A DNA stretch of 63,930 nt, counting the filler, from Blastocystis sp. subtype 4 (Eukaryota), in assembly GCF_000743755.1 (NCBI RefSeq). It is 3 parts of 3 records of this genome, joined end to end, with 100 filler letters (N's around TTAATTAATTAA, not from the genome) between each part and the next. Parts side by side here need not be neighbours in the genome. Positions count along the whole stretch, not along the records: positions 1 to 24,586 come from NW_014569388.1; 2 more parts are not named here. One strand, 5' to 3'. Of the stretch, positions 1-13,716 are shown one piece after another (position 1 is the first letter of the stretch; every line of letters begins with the position of its first letter). The notes under the pieces were generated by a model that searched no databases, was not told where the DNA came from, and saw only the letters and a program-made list of their open reading frames with translations. The position numbers were made by a program, and so were the translations under genes.

Positions 1-1877
1 TTCAGGTACTTCTTTAGGAGATGATGATCCAATTGGACAATACTTATTCAATCCACATTCATTCTTCATTCCATTATCACAATAGAATCCAGATGGACAT
101 TTGTTTATGGTATATCGTCTTGTTTGCGGTTCTGTTTCCGGTCCATTATAGTAGCCACTTGGTGTAGTTTGTGGTTTTGAAGCTCCTTCTTCACAGTAGT
201 TGCCTATTCCACATTCTCTTTTTGTTCCTTCATTGCAGTAGTATCCTTGTATACATATTTCTTGTTGACTTCTAATACTCTCACTATCACTTTCCGGTGT
301 TGAATAGTATCCTTTGCTTACTGATGTTGGTTCTGTGCTACCTTGAGGGCAATATTTATCAATACTTCCGCACTCATGTTTCACTCCGTCTTTACAGTAG
401 TATCCTGCGGGACATATTTCTTGTGACTCTCTGTTCAACTCTGGAGTAGTTAATGGTGTAGAGTAGTATCCTTTTACTACTTGTTGTCTCGAATTGGATC
501 CTTCAGGACAGTAGTATTGTACTCCACCACAGTCATGTCTCTCTCCTCCACTACAGTAGTATCCTGCATTACATAATTCTTGATTCGTTCTTACTGTAAC
601 ATCAACATTTAGTGGTGTTGAATAGTATCCATTATTCACAGCAGTTGGTTCTCTGCTTCCTAGTGGACAGTATTTGTCTACACTTCCACATGGATGATCT
701 CGTCCATCAACTGTTCCTTCGGGACAGTAGTATCCCTCTGGACATATTGCTGTACAAATCGAAGACGATAATTGGGTGCTGTTTCCATATCGACCGGCTG
801 GACATGGGCTTCTGATACCGTTTGAACAATAGTATCCAACAGGACATATAGCTTGACCTGTACGAATGCTCTCATCGGCCGTTTCTGGGGTCGAATAGAA
901 GCCCTGTTGAACAATAGACGGGGAACCTGATCCTTCTGGACAGTACTTATCAGTCGATCCGCATACATAGGCTGTGGCTTTGGTTGATCGGGCAGGACAG
1001 TAATATCCTGCTTGACATTGTCCGCTGCAGGAAGAGGAAGCTTGATTTAGTCTTGATCCATAGGTTCCTGCAGGGCAATCATAACGCACATTTTCTATGC
1101 AGTAGTATCCCATTCCACATAAGACTTGGTCGTTGTTAACTATTTGACCTTGAAGATCCACTGTTGTATGAATGAGGTATCCATCGGTCAACTAGGAGGA
1201 ACAATGAATATTTATAAATACAGTATATTCAATTCCTGCCTTGCAATACTTCAAAGGTGTCTGACATGCATGATCGTACATGTCCTTATCGGTCATGCCA
1301 GGATCTATAACTTATTCATTATAAAGACTATTACTGGGACAGAGATAACCATTTTCACAATCAACACAACGATTTGTTGTGATGACATCATAATACTTCC
1401 CAACTGCACAAATGTTGCAGTATATCCCATCACATTCGTATCCTATAGTAACATGTAGTTATATTCTGTTACCTTGTGGACAGTATAACTCATATTTCAG
1501 ACCATCAATGGCTGTATATGATACAGGATCAACTATATCTTATCTGCATAGAAAGTTCTCTACGATAACACTCCTCTAATAGTCTTCGATTTCCGTTTGG
1601 ATTGTCATTAGAAGACATGTTAACTTGCACACCTGCAACGGATTTCATACACATCAGAACAGTCACTGAAACGAATAAAAGCATTACTTTCAGTTGCATA
1701 TTTGATTTGAAACTGTTATTAACATTGAAGCAATCAGAGTTGTGTAGTCACGTGATTGATACTGAATATAATACCTTCATCATTGAGAATAGTATGTAAT
1801 TCGTATAGATAAACACAATCAGCATCGAAGAGGAGTAGTATCGATGATTCTAGAGATCATGTCTACTTTGAATCCAT
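1..1877 (-). CDS. Cysteine-rich tandem-repeat surface/secreted protein (C-x-x-GYYC repeats); 3' end runs off the window, 5' end uncertain
   Basis: Minus-strand open frame from ~1130 to 1 reads CPAGTYG...CQAGYYCP...CPVGYYC...GYYSTP...CPAGYYCKDG. GYYSTP codons recur at 305, 464 and 623 (159 nt = 53 aa period). Not in the ORF track because it has no stop inside the window. Confidence 0.75.
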
Positions 1878-2432
1878 TATTACCTGTTGAATAGTGTATC
1901 TCATTGTTATTTACTTTCCTACATAGCTATAACTCTGTGAGTAATAGTCTACTGATGACCAACCTCCCATATTGTATTTTCTTGGAGTATTCTATTATTC
2001 CATATTGTGTGCATCTCCTTTCCAATTCAGATGTAGATTCTATTACTTTGTCACTTCTGTGTTGTGAATATGGCTTGTCCTCTATTTATAGGGCAAACTT
2101 CTATGCCATTTGTATTTTGCTTTCTCTATAGCTTATTCAATCTTAATAATGAAATCCAAAAATGGGAGTAATTTGGCCATCGAATTAGTAAATTATTTGC
2201 ACTCCAATATAGGGCTGATTGGCGCAACAATCCCAATAATCTGATTGATATCATATATAGGATGATACCTGATAAAGGAATGTTGAATGATTGGAAAAAA
2301 AGTAGCAGAAGAAATTGAGAGTGAATCCATAGCCATTCGTCTTTGATTGTCAGTATATAGTCATTCTGTTCTTTGATTACTATGCGAGTTCAAATGAGTG
2401 ATACTTGTTTTTTACACCTGAATTCCAATTAT

Positions 2433-5100
2433 ATGGACTATTTTGTTTAGAGAAGCATTCTTTATTATAACGAATCGAATTGCTTCAGAATTTTACTGAA
2501 GGCTAGGAATAGTGGTTAGAAATAGAATAGTGTAGCAATTCTAGCATTCGAGAATGTCTTTCTTCATTCCATTTTTGTAGTCCTGATGTTGGTGTAATGA
2601 TTGTCGTAGACTTCTCATTCTAGAATTCAGTAGTTGTCCGTTTCTATATGATGATCCTATGTTGTCTAGAGTAAAAGAATGTTCGAAATATCACATTATA
2701 GAAGTTGCTTGATGTACTTACCAACTATGAATCTCAGCATCTCGATTCTGTGAGGGAGGATCTTGTCCTTATTTCTCGATTAACAGGAATCGAAAGACTT
2801 GGTAATGATGTAATGTATTGAATTCGTTTTCAATGTAGGTCTTTGGTGTGTCGCTTCGTGGTTCAATTCTTCATTTTCTGGATGCCCGTATTGCGTACAG
2901 TGATAAAGATGTTAATGGAACTGTTTCTGAGTTATGTGCTGCTTGTGATCAGTTGGATACAGTAAATCCTACTTTTGTATTCTTTTTGAATCATTCTTAT
3001 GTAGGTGGATGAATTTCTATTGTGTCGAAGTGATGTTATATCTATTCTTCGAAATTATGGGAGAGTGAATGAAAGTGAAGGTCTGTTAGAACAAACATTA
3101 AATAGTCCATTCTTCTATAAGCAATTATGGTATCGCTTTAGGAATCAGACTCAGACTCCTTATTTTTCTTTCATTCCTTCTCCAAGTACTCGTACTGCGG
3201 ATATTGCCTTTTGGCACCTTCTTCAAGTGTTATACTTGTACTTTTCCTTCTCCACGGATACAGAGGCATTGCTTCATTATCTTGCTCAAGCACCTATTCA
3301 AAGTCAATTCTCACTACAGCTTACTGTGATTGCAATGGATGTAATTTCCCGTTGTCAACAGTAATAATGATTCTTCAAATGACAAATAGCTCGGAGCAGT
3401 GTTATCGATCCATCTTACAACAGTTACAGTTGACATTACCGGCAAAGACAGAATCACTTCAGATCATTCAGTACTATGAGGAACAATTACTCTATGTTTT
3501 AATCAAGTCAGCTGAAACCTTTGAAGCAGTTTCTTCGATGCAATCAGTTTCATCTTTTGAGTGGTTAATTCATTGGACAGTAAGAGTACTGAACAGTGAT
3601 CAGTTGTCATTTATCATGCTTCTAGTAATGTATTTTTAATATGAAGAGTTGAGTGTAGATGGATCGGATTGCTCTTTGTATTGTATGCTGGATCAAGGAA
3701 TGATAGTGTTCGTGTAGAACGAGTGAAAATGTCTCCTATTCCCAAAGAATCACTTCTGTCTCTAGAGAAGAGTAAGACAGTCAATCAACAGAAGATTTCG
3801 ATGAGTGTGAATTGTGTTGTTCAGACTCCTCGGTTATCAAAATCAAACAAGAAGGTATCCATGAGGACATCAACAATTGTTTCGTCAACGACTCCATCAA
3901 GAGCTCCTGTATGTGTTCGGTTCTCTGTTATGGTTCAAGATGTGAAAGGAGACATTTATCTGATCATGAATACTGTTCCGCAAGCTGTGGATCGGGATGG
4001 AATGGAGACAATTCAACTACAGAAGCAATGTGTTTGTGGATGGCGGATGATGAAAGAGAATGAGATGTGTTGGAGTCGGATGCTAACTGTGAATGTAGGA
4101 ATCAGTAAGAGATAAACAGAGAAATGATGGATAGAGAAAAATAAAGGTTTGAAACGATTTGTGTATCAATATGCTGTGAGTTTGGAGAATGGAGAGTGGT
4201 TTGTATCAGAAGGATTGAAGAGGGATTTGACACAGGTGGTAATGGGAATTGAAGGAGGCAGTGTATCATTAACGTGTGATGAACTAGTTCTTCCTGTAGA
4301 GAATAAGGAAGAATCGCTTGTTGAGTCTGTACGTGAGAATAGTGTTGACAGTTTGTCTGTGATGAGTATTTCGACTTCAGTCGGAACCGAAACGGAACCA
4401 TTAAATTGTCTGGAATTTGAGAAAGAGAAGCCTGAATTAATCGTTTCAGATGTATCTCTGACTCCATTGAGTGTGTCTCCTGATCCATTGCCTGTAGAAT
4501 CTTCTGTCTCTTCCCCATCTCCGTTACTTCCAGTTGCTTCATCTTCTTCTGTTATGAATGCATCTTCCTCATTACCTCCTGGTCCTTCGTTTGCGACTTC
4601 GAATTCTCCTTCCTCACCTCTGTCCATTCCTTGTTCTGCTTCAAATACTCCTTCAGTATATTCTGTCTCAGATACATCGCGTTCATCGTTATCTGGTCCA
4701 CGTCCTTCTTCCTTTACGAATTCACAAGAATCCTCTTCTGATAATCCTCTTTTGCAACACCTTACTGTTAACCCTCCGAAGGAGTATGAAGTGGGTATTG
4801 CATTGAACGATATGATTCCGATTCCAACTGTTACACAGCATTCTGGTCATCCATTAGTGCTGACAACACGTCGTTCGAAACGACCTCCTAAAGAGGTGCC
4901 TCATTCTTCGTCGGTGTCTCCTAATGCCCCTCCTTTTGTATATCCTTCTGTCATGAACTATCCTGTAATGGGATATGTGCCTCAAACGCCAATGATGATG
5001 TGTGTAATGGCTCCAAACGGACAGTTGGTATGGATGCAACCTCCAGTTCAAAATTTGGTTATGCCAATGCCAGAGAGTCCCTCGTTTGATACGGACAATT
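2433..5100 (+). CDS. Hypothetical multi-exon protein with Ser/Pro-rich C-terminal half; start uncertain, stop probably completed by poly(A)
   Basis: ORFs 3005-3364, 3211-3639, 3669-4115 and 4149-5114 can be joined by ~30-nt GT-AG introns. TGTTTATT at 5105 lies 4 nt after a codon-position-1 T at 5100. Confidence 0.55.
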
Positions 5101-5136
5101 TTAGTGTTTATTAACAGGAATTCAACCAAAGTAATA

Positions 5137-6107
5137 CTAATTGATGTCTACCCATCGTTTCCCTAAAGGATTCAATGAATACTCAGCTAAAGACGTGTAA
5201 TCAATGTACTGAGGTGCTAAAGGAAGCAACCAATGCCATGAGAAAGTTCCATCTCCGCCAAATACTTCGCTTAAATTGGTAGCAATACCTCGATCGACAA
5301 GTACAACGTCTTTCTTCCGGTCAATTTCTATCCCATTAAGAATAGTGTTCAAAAATACTAGTTTGACCGCTACAAATTGTGATTATAAGATCAAGGAACA
5401 TCATCAAACAGAAGACTCCAAAGAGAGCAGAAAATAGAAGCATAAAAGCAGATCCAATAGTACACACAAGCAACCACAAATCACTTTCGAACGGGAAGTT
5501 ATTAAAGAAACTGATTAGGGTACACACAAAAGCAAATGCACAATAAATAAACGTATAAAGCAGAAATAGAACAAAGTACTTTGTATTCAACATCCCTACA
5601 CAATTATTGATCCACGGACAATGATGATCCATTTTTAGAATGCAGCGATTGCATGTCCTACGTTAAATACGTTACAATGAGCCTACCTGCAGTGATGCGA
5701 CTTGGCTGGTTTGTATGCATCACAAATCCCACAGCGAATTAATAGGCTATCATTCTCTTCAATCGCTCGTTCCAAAGGCCATGCATTATGAGGAACAGCA
5801 CCTGGATTCGTGAACACACCTAGAGTTGACCAAAACACGTTTCATTACAGCACAGATGGCACACAATACAAATCAAATAGTTCAAAAAAACAAATGCACG
5901 AGCAATGGTGAGAACCAAGGAATTAGAGAAGATGATCGGAAGAGTGATAATCTGGAGCTCAAGTGGAATCCAAATCCCTACAGTGAGCATTAAGACACTG
6001 AATAGAAGAAGGAGTTGCGATGCCAACGATGTAGTTACGCCTTCGACATCCTTATTCAACCAGTACTTTGAGCTTTCCGATGTACCGAATTGACTCCACG
6101 CCACCAT
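5137..6107 (-). CDS. DHHC-type palmitoyltransferase
   Basis: [33 protein letters not shown] motif with flanking TM segments. Confidence 0.92.
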
Positions 6108-6168
6108 CGAAACTGACCGATTCCAGAAAAACCCCCGATTCTATACCATTGTCATCTGTATAATCGTT

Positions 6169-7693
6169 ATGCAAGCGATTCAGCGGAGATGGATATCTAC
6201 CCTATCTGCAGTTAAAGGGATGCGAGATTTGGTGGGTGTTGAAGCATATCGGTTTTCACAGGTGAGCATACAGATATTGAAGTAAACATTAGATCATCGA
6301 TATTATGAAAGCAGAATGTGAACTGTATGGTCTGGAACCCATTGTTACATATCCTCTATTTTGATGACTACAGCTCCTTAACCAATACTCCAGTTATCGA
6401 AAGAGAAGAGTTGTTTGTGAGAGGAGTTGGCGATTCAAGTGATATAGTATCAAAAGTGTTAATTTGTAATAGTTCTGATATTTAGGAGATGTATACATTT
6501 GCTGACAAATCTGGGCGAAAACTGTGTCTTAGACCCGAATTCACGTCAAGTATAATGCGAGCAGTGTTAAATGAACGCATTTACAACAAAACAAATGGGT
6601 ATTATTATGTAGGTGAAGAGGGGCCTATTGATTCATAGTATGGGCCTGCTTATCGATATGAACGACCGCAGCATGGAAGATATCGAGAATTTCATCAGTT
6701 TGGAGTTGAGATTATTCATTGTCAATCGTCTATTCATGATTTCCAACTCCTTCAGCTTTGTTCCTCAATTTTAGACAAACTCTCTCTTTCTAAACCCTAT
6801 ATTCTCCATATTAATTCTCTTGGTAATGCAGAAACGATGCAATCCTATCGTCTTGCCTTACAAGTGTTATTTTTAAACTGATTTGAGTTTAGGAGTATTT
6901 GAGCCACTATAGAGACTCTTTATCCAAAGATAGTCAAGACCGTTACGATCGAGGTAGCATCTTACGCATTTTGGACAGTAAAGATAACGCAGATCAAGAT
7001 ATTCTCAAAGAAGCTCCTTCAATTCGTCAGTTTTTGTCAGACGAATCTAAGCAGGTAATAGTGTTTGTGACATCATTATTCCAGCAATTTGTTGCTCTTC
7101 TTAAGCTATTGGATGAATTTTCGATTCCATATTGTATTGATGATCACTTAGTTCGTGGTTTGGATTACTATGATAATATTGTATTTGAGTACAAAGCTGA
7201 AAATGATACCCTGATTGTACTTCTTCTCGTGCTTTGTTTCGTGTAGGGAGGAGGATGTTATTCTGGGTTAGCAAGGACATTGGGTTTCAATCGTCCTCTT
7301 CCTTGTATTGGATTTTCTGCTGGTATAGAACGCTGTATGCTATTGTCAAGAATCCAGAAACCACAGTTTCGAAAAGGAGTAGGAGTAATCAAACATTGGG
7401 GAGGTGAATGGTAGGTGATTGCTTTGGATACGGGAAATAATGAAGTTGTGAAGCAATCTACTCTTCTAGCTTCCCTTCTTCGGAAGAGATTGATTCCTTG
7501 TAGTCAAGTATATTCGAATGGAAGTTTGAGTAAGGCAGTGAAAGAAGTTGTTGAGCAGAATTGGCTTTATGCTGTTATAATTGGAGAGAACGAACTTCCT
7601 GCTTGTCAGAATCAACGATATCTCATTAAGAACCTGGAGAATAAGAAACAAGAAGTAACTGATATCGAGTCCTTTATTCAGCTATTCAAGTAG
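6169..7693 (+). CDS. HARS2: Histidyl-tRNA synthetase, organellar (bacterial/mitochondrial) type with short N-terminal presequence
   Basis: VKGMRD, TPVIE..LF, KEMYTF..LRPE, YRYERPQHGRYREFHQFGVE, LVRGLDYY, GGGCY, GFSAGIER, and a C-terminal anticodon-binding domain. N-terminus MQAIQRRWIST resembles a presequence. Confidence 0.9.
6349..6388 (+). other. U12-type AT-AC intron (40 nt) in HisRS
   Basis: ATATCCTC 5' site, TCCTTAAC branch point at 6375-6382, AC end. Removal restores the conserved IVTPVIE. Confidence 0.9.
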
Positions 7694-7767
7694 TTGGATA
7701 TTGTTTGTTTCATGATGACTCCTCAAGACGGCTTTTTGGCTTGATCCATTTTCTCCACCACTTAGTT

Positions 7768-8440
7768 ATGTCCAGTAAGGTGACTCCACCCGTTGGATTC
7801 AAAGAAGTTGAGGGAACTTGTCCTCTTCCGGAAAAGGTGGTAAACAAGAAGCGAAATGAGATGTGGCTCGTTCGTGCTCCGAAGGATGTAGTTGGCATCT
7901 CGCATTTGTAAAACCGTAGTTTCCTGAGACTGAGGTGGGGAGTATTCAAGTGAATCTCAAGAATGGTAACTGTTTGTCTTCTGTTGTTATCTTGATATAT
8001 AGTTGTATCAGAAATGACTGTGGGTGGAAAGAAATATGTGGTGAAAGAGGGCGATTCTGAGGCGTTATGTCAATTATTCTTCTTTTATAAAGACGATAAG
8101 AAGGGTGTTTTGCCTGGTTGGTTTGTTTCTTGGTTTGTAATAGAATAGGAAAACCCTTTGTACGTGAGTTAGTAATTGAGGAAGCACCAGAAACCGACTC
8201 ATTTTATGCTAAAGAAGATGGTGCTGGAAAAGATCTTCCTCCAGTGGCTCAGCTAACGGGATTAAAGCTACGATACTATCCTCCAGGTGCCCAAGTGGAT
8301 GAAGAAGGCATAGAGAAGGTAGAGATGGATAGCAAGAAATCAAAAGAGAAGAAATCGGATGTATACCCTACAAGTACAGAAAAGAAAGAAAAGAAGCAAA
8401 AGAAGGGAGAGCGGGAAACGAAGGGGAAATCAAAGCCTTG
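7768..8440 (+). CDS. RNA polymerase I subunit RPA34.5/PAF49-like protein; no genomic stop (TG + poly(A))
   Basis: PPVGF, EMWLVRAPKD, GLKLRYYPPG and a Lys-rich tail match the family pattern. TGTTTGTT at 8445 lies 4 nt after in-frame TG at 8439-8440. Confidence 0.65.
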
Positions 8441-8474
8441 CAGATGTTTGTTGACTCACATAATCTCTCTGATA

Positions 8475-9550
8475 ATGGATAAGGAACCCAAGAAGGCAGT
8501 GACGATTAATACCATCAAGAACAAACAAACTCGGATGAGGTTATGGCAGCAGATCAAGCACAAACGGAAGCTGGAAAAGAAGGAACGACGAGTTAAGAAA
8601 GCCAAAGCCAGAGATGAGCTTGGTGAAGAAGCAGTTCCCAAAGAAGTATTTCCTATCGAACTTGATGTATAACCTTTTTAGAAGCCCAAAATGCAGGAAG
8701 ATAACCGTGAATACGATGATACAATCGTTACGCAACAAGATGATGAGGTTTATGCAGATGAGAAGGATGATGAGTTTGAACCTTACTTTTCTCACAAGAT
8801 TACTCCTAAGATTATGATTACAACTCGAGAAAGACCTTGTAAAGAGGCTTATTTGTTTGTTAGTGAGTTGATGGGTATGATTCCTAACGCATATTACTAT
8901 GAACGCAGTACATAGATAATGACTAAATTGATTGTTAGAGAAGCATTCGTTGATTAGTATGTGCAAACAAGCTGGAGAAAAGGAGTTTACTCATCTGATT
9001 GTTGTTGGTGAGCATGATAAGAAGGTAAATTCGTAAGATTTGTGACATTAGTTAACGTATAGACTTATCATCAGTCACTTGCGTAAAGGTCCAACAGCTA
9101 TGTTCAAAGTAATGTCTTTTGTTCCTCATGAAGATATTGCTGGTGTGGGTGAAGTAACAAATCACAATCCGGAACTTATCTTAAATAACTTCACAACACG
9201 TTTAGGTCGTCGCTTTGGTCGCTTCTTCGGTTCCATGTATCCGTGTAATTCCGTCTTGTTTATGTGTTACTCTAGCTCAACCTCAGTTTGATGGAAGACG
9301 AGTAGTGACATTCCATAATCAGCGAGATTACATCTTTGTTAGGAAGTATAATGGGACTGAGGTATAGGTTCGACAACACCGATATGTGTTTGAAAATCAG
9401 AAGAAAGCTCGTCTACAAGAGTTAGGTCCACGATTCACGCTAAAACCACGATGGTTACAGGTTGGAACTTTTAACAATGTCAATGGTGAATATGAATGGA
9501 AATTCAACCACAAGCAGATTGAGACTGGTAGACGCAAGTGGTTCCTTTAG
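8475..9550 (+). CDS. RPF1: Brix-domain ribosome production factor 1
   Basis: IKNKQTR, DEFEPYF..TPKIMITT, GPTAMFK, PELILNNFTTRLGRRFGR, TFHNQRDYIF, LQELGPRFTLK, EYEW. Confidence 0.92.
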
Positions 9551-9726
9551 TTTTGAAGTGTGTTTGTTTACTCAGCAAATGTTGTATTGAATTCTTTGAT
9601 TTATTTTTAGAACGAAGGAAATAAAAATAGTCAAGGAGACCTATTAGTTATTGTATAGTCACTTTGTTTGAATCATTGCACTTATTCCCGTGGGAATCGT
9701 CTTATAGTCATTTGCTTCAAGTATTC

Positions 9727-11309
<1,583 letters not shown>

Positions 11310-11840
11310 AGAAGGTAATCGAGTATTACTTATTTTCATGGTAACAAGTGGTTTATTGTTCCTTTAGAAGATGTATCTTTGTTTTCTATTCAGTGAAAGA
11401 GTATTCGCCATCTAATCCTATCATCACTCTTCCGTTGACATGAACCCACTTCGTATTCTCAAATCCCATATGCAGGATCACTTATCATTACATAGGCTTG
11501 GAGATAATTTGAAATTGAAAATAAAGAATGTAAGAATAGGGCCCTATTTGATTTAATAACTCCTATTATATCAGAATTTATAAAGTAAAGAAAGGCCCTG
11601 TATGATTTAAACGACCCATATATTCAATTCTCTTTTTGTAAAGAAAGTGATCAAATCTGCAAGAGTTCGGTAATTCTTGGTTGCATCGGTGCATATATTT
11701 GATTTGACTCTGAAGAGAGGCTTGAGTTGATTGTTTCGCGTCAACAGAATTCAAACTGCATATTCTGGTACTCGATGATTTATTATTGTTTCTAATGTGT
11801 ATAGATAGAAATTCTTTTGGTGTGTCATCTTTCTTTCTTC

Positions 11841-12479
11841 ATGTCTATGCTTACGAAAGAGATGGATCATTCGCTAGAAAGCAAGGATCCTCGAATGAAT
11901 CTACACATAAAAAAGAGGAAACCGGTCAATTCTTCACGACAGCTAGTACTCCTCGAATTGCCAGCAGTTGCTACAGAACCGAATGTTGCACACATTAAAA
12001 ACATGGGTCCAGAACCAGATAATATGAATAGGAAAGAGGTAATCCCTCTTGCTGACATAGTAAGTGCGAACTCGTTATTTCACCTTCAGGATTCTCCTAT
12101 GAATTCTTTACCTGACAATGTTGCTAAACTAATTGTTGAGTATCTTGATGTGTTGTAAGAACAGCAAGAGAGAATAAAGAATAGTTCATTGGACTGCACG
12201 AATTTAAGCTCTGTATTTCCTGCTTTTGCAGCCTATCGAACCGAAGTACTCACGGATTATTATGGAAGAAAGAATAGTCAATATATGTATGAATTGATTA
12301 TTTGGATAACAAGTAGTACAAACCGCGCAACAGGCTTTCTGTCACCCGATCACTGTAGAACTCCAATTCTCTTAAAGTCGGACGATTCCATATATACAGA
12401 TGTTCAGGTAACTCTTGGGAGAGAGATTGAAACCTAGCTTCTAAAAAGTCATCGACGATTGAGTTTTGGAGACGACTAG
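11841..12479 (+). CDS. Small protein with F-box-like motif
   Basis: MNSLPDNVAKLIVEYLD..DCTNLSSV resembles the F-box consensus. Exons are joined by ~30-nt introns. Confidence 0.45.
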
Positions 12480-12643
12480 TTTTTTTCTTCTTGTAGCATA
12501 TTTCCTTTTGAGTGAGTTTCAATGTGTTTGTTAAATCAGCTGCGAAGTTTCCACTTTTTCTTTGACTTTTATTCGCCATGAAGACGGAGTTCACCAATGC
12601 TCGTACTGTATACATGCTATTTTGATTCCAATTCTAGTTTGGA

Positions 12644-13690
12644 ATGATGGTCCCTAATGATCCCTCAACCTTCACTTTCCAAGGTTTGTGCTGTGCCGTT
12701 CACAGCCCCATGAATGATGACCTTTCCCTGAATCTGGACGCTGTAGAACCAACAGCAAAACATCTTGTGGAAACCCATGTCAATGGCGCTTTTGTCTGCG
12801 GAACGACGGGAGAATCTATGTTGCTTTCTGTCGAGGAAAGAAAATTGGTAAACAGTAAAATGGTAGAATTACCAATAGCTAGCAGAAAAGTGGATTACTG
12901 TTGGTCACAAATATGGCCTTTGCGTAATTATTCATATTGGTCATGAAGTTTTGTCGGTAGCTCAAGATCTCATGCGACATGCTGCTGTACTTGAATCACT
13001 CTTGATTTATGGTTAGAAGTGCGGTGCAGATGCAGTAGCTATGGTTCCTCCTCGTTTCTTCCCTCCTCGTTCTCTGGATCTTTTGGTTCAGTGGGTAGCA
13101 GATGTGGCCTCTGCCGTTCCCGAACTCCCTCTCTTCTACTATCATCTGGACGTTATTAATTATACTCCATACCCTATCAACCGTTTCTTCGAATTGGCAT
13201 CAGAGCGTATTCCCAACCTTTGTGGAATGAAATATACTGACTACAATAGTTTCGTGATGGGTCTATGTATTAATGCTTGTAATGGTAAGTTCTGCGTTCT
13301 GATGGGTCGTGAGGATGCAATGGCAGCCGCTTTAGCCACTGGTTGTTGCGGTTTCGTCGGCTCCACCTTCAGTCTGATGGGTCGTGTGTATGATCGGATT
13401 CTGAACGCCTATGCTAAGAACGACAGAACGACAATAGAGAAGGAGATGCAACATGCCCAAGCCTTCAGTCGAATTGCCTACCAATCTGGAAATCGTTATG
13501 GTGAAGGAGTGGATTCCATAACTATCATTAAGACTGTGTGGGAGTACTTGGGTATCGATAATGGTCCTTGCAGATTGCTGGGGTAAGGGAGATTTATGGA
13601 GAATAAGATATAGTCATCGTATGGAGAAAGATAAGATAGAACTTCTTCGTTCAGATCTGGAGTCAATTGGTTTCTTTGAATGGATCCAGT
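12644..13690 (+). CDS. nanA: N-acetylneuraminate lyase (DHDPS family); stop completed by poly(A)
   Basis: FVCGTTGESMLLSVEERK, PELPLFYYH, catalytic GMKYT, GFVGST, and a C-terminal DLESIGFFEW. TGTTTGTT at 13695. Confidence 0.88.
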
Positions 13691-13694
13691 TATT

Positions 13695-13712
13695 TGTTTG
13701 TTGTAACAAACA
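13695..13712. terminator. Bidirectional poly(A) signal TGTTTGTT-gt-AACAAACA
   Basis: Perfect 8-bp inverted repeat; each arm is 4 nt from the last templated base of nanA (+) or DDB1 (-). Confidence 0.88.
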
Positions 13713-13716
13713 CTGT

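Noticed and set aside
240..1100. Regularly spaced CAGTAGTATCC repeats resembling a CRISPR array
   Set aside because: Short degenerate repeats in one codon phase encoding GYYC/GYYS; eukaryotic context and no cas genes
2200..2295. Cluster of CCAAT/ATTGG boxes
   Set aside because: Short motifs expected by chance, and the region may be upstream exons of the Cys-rich gene
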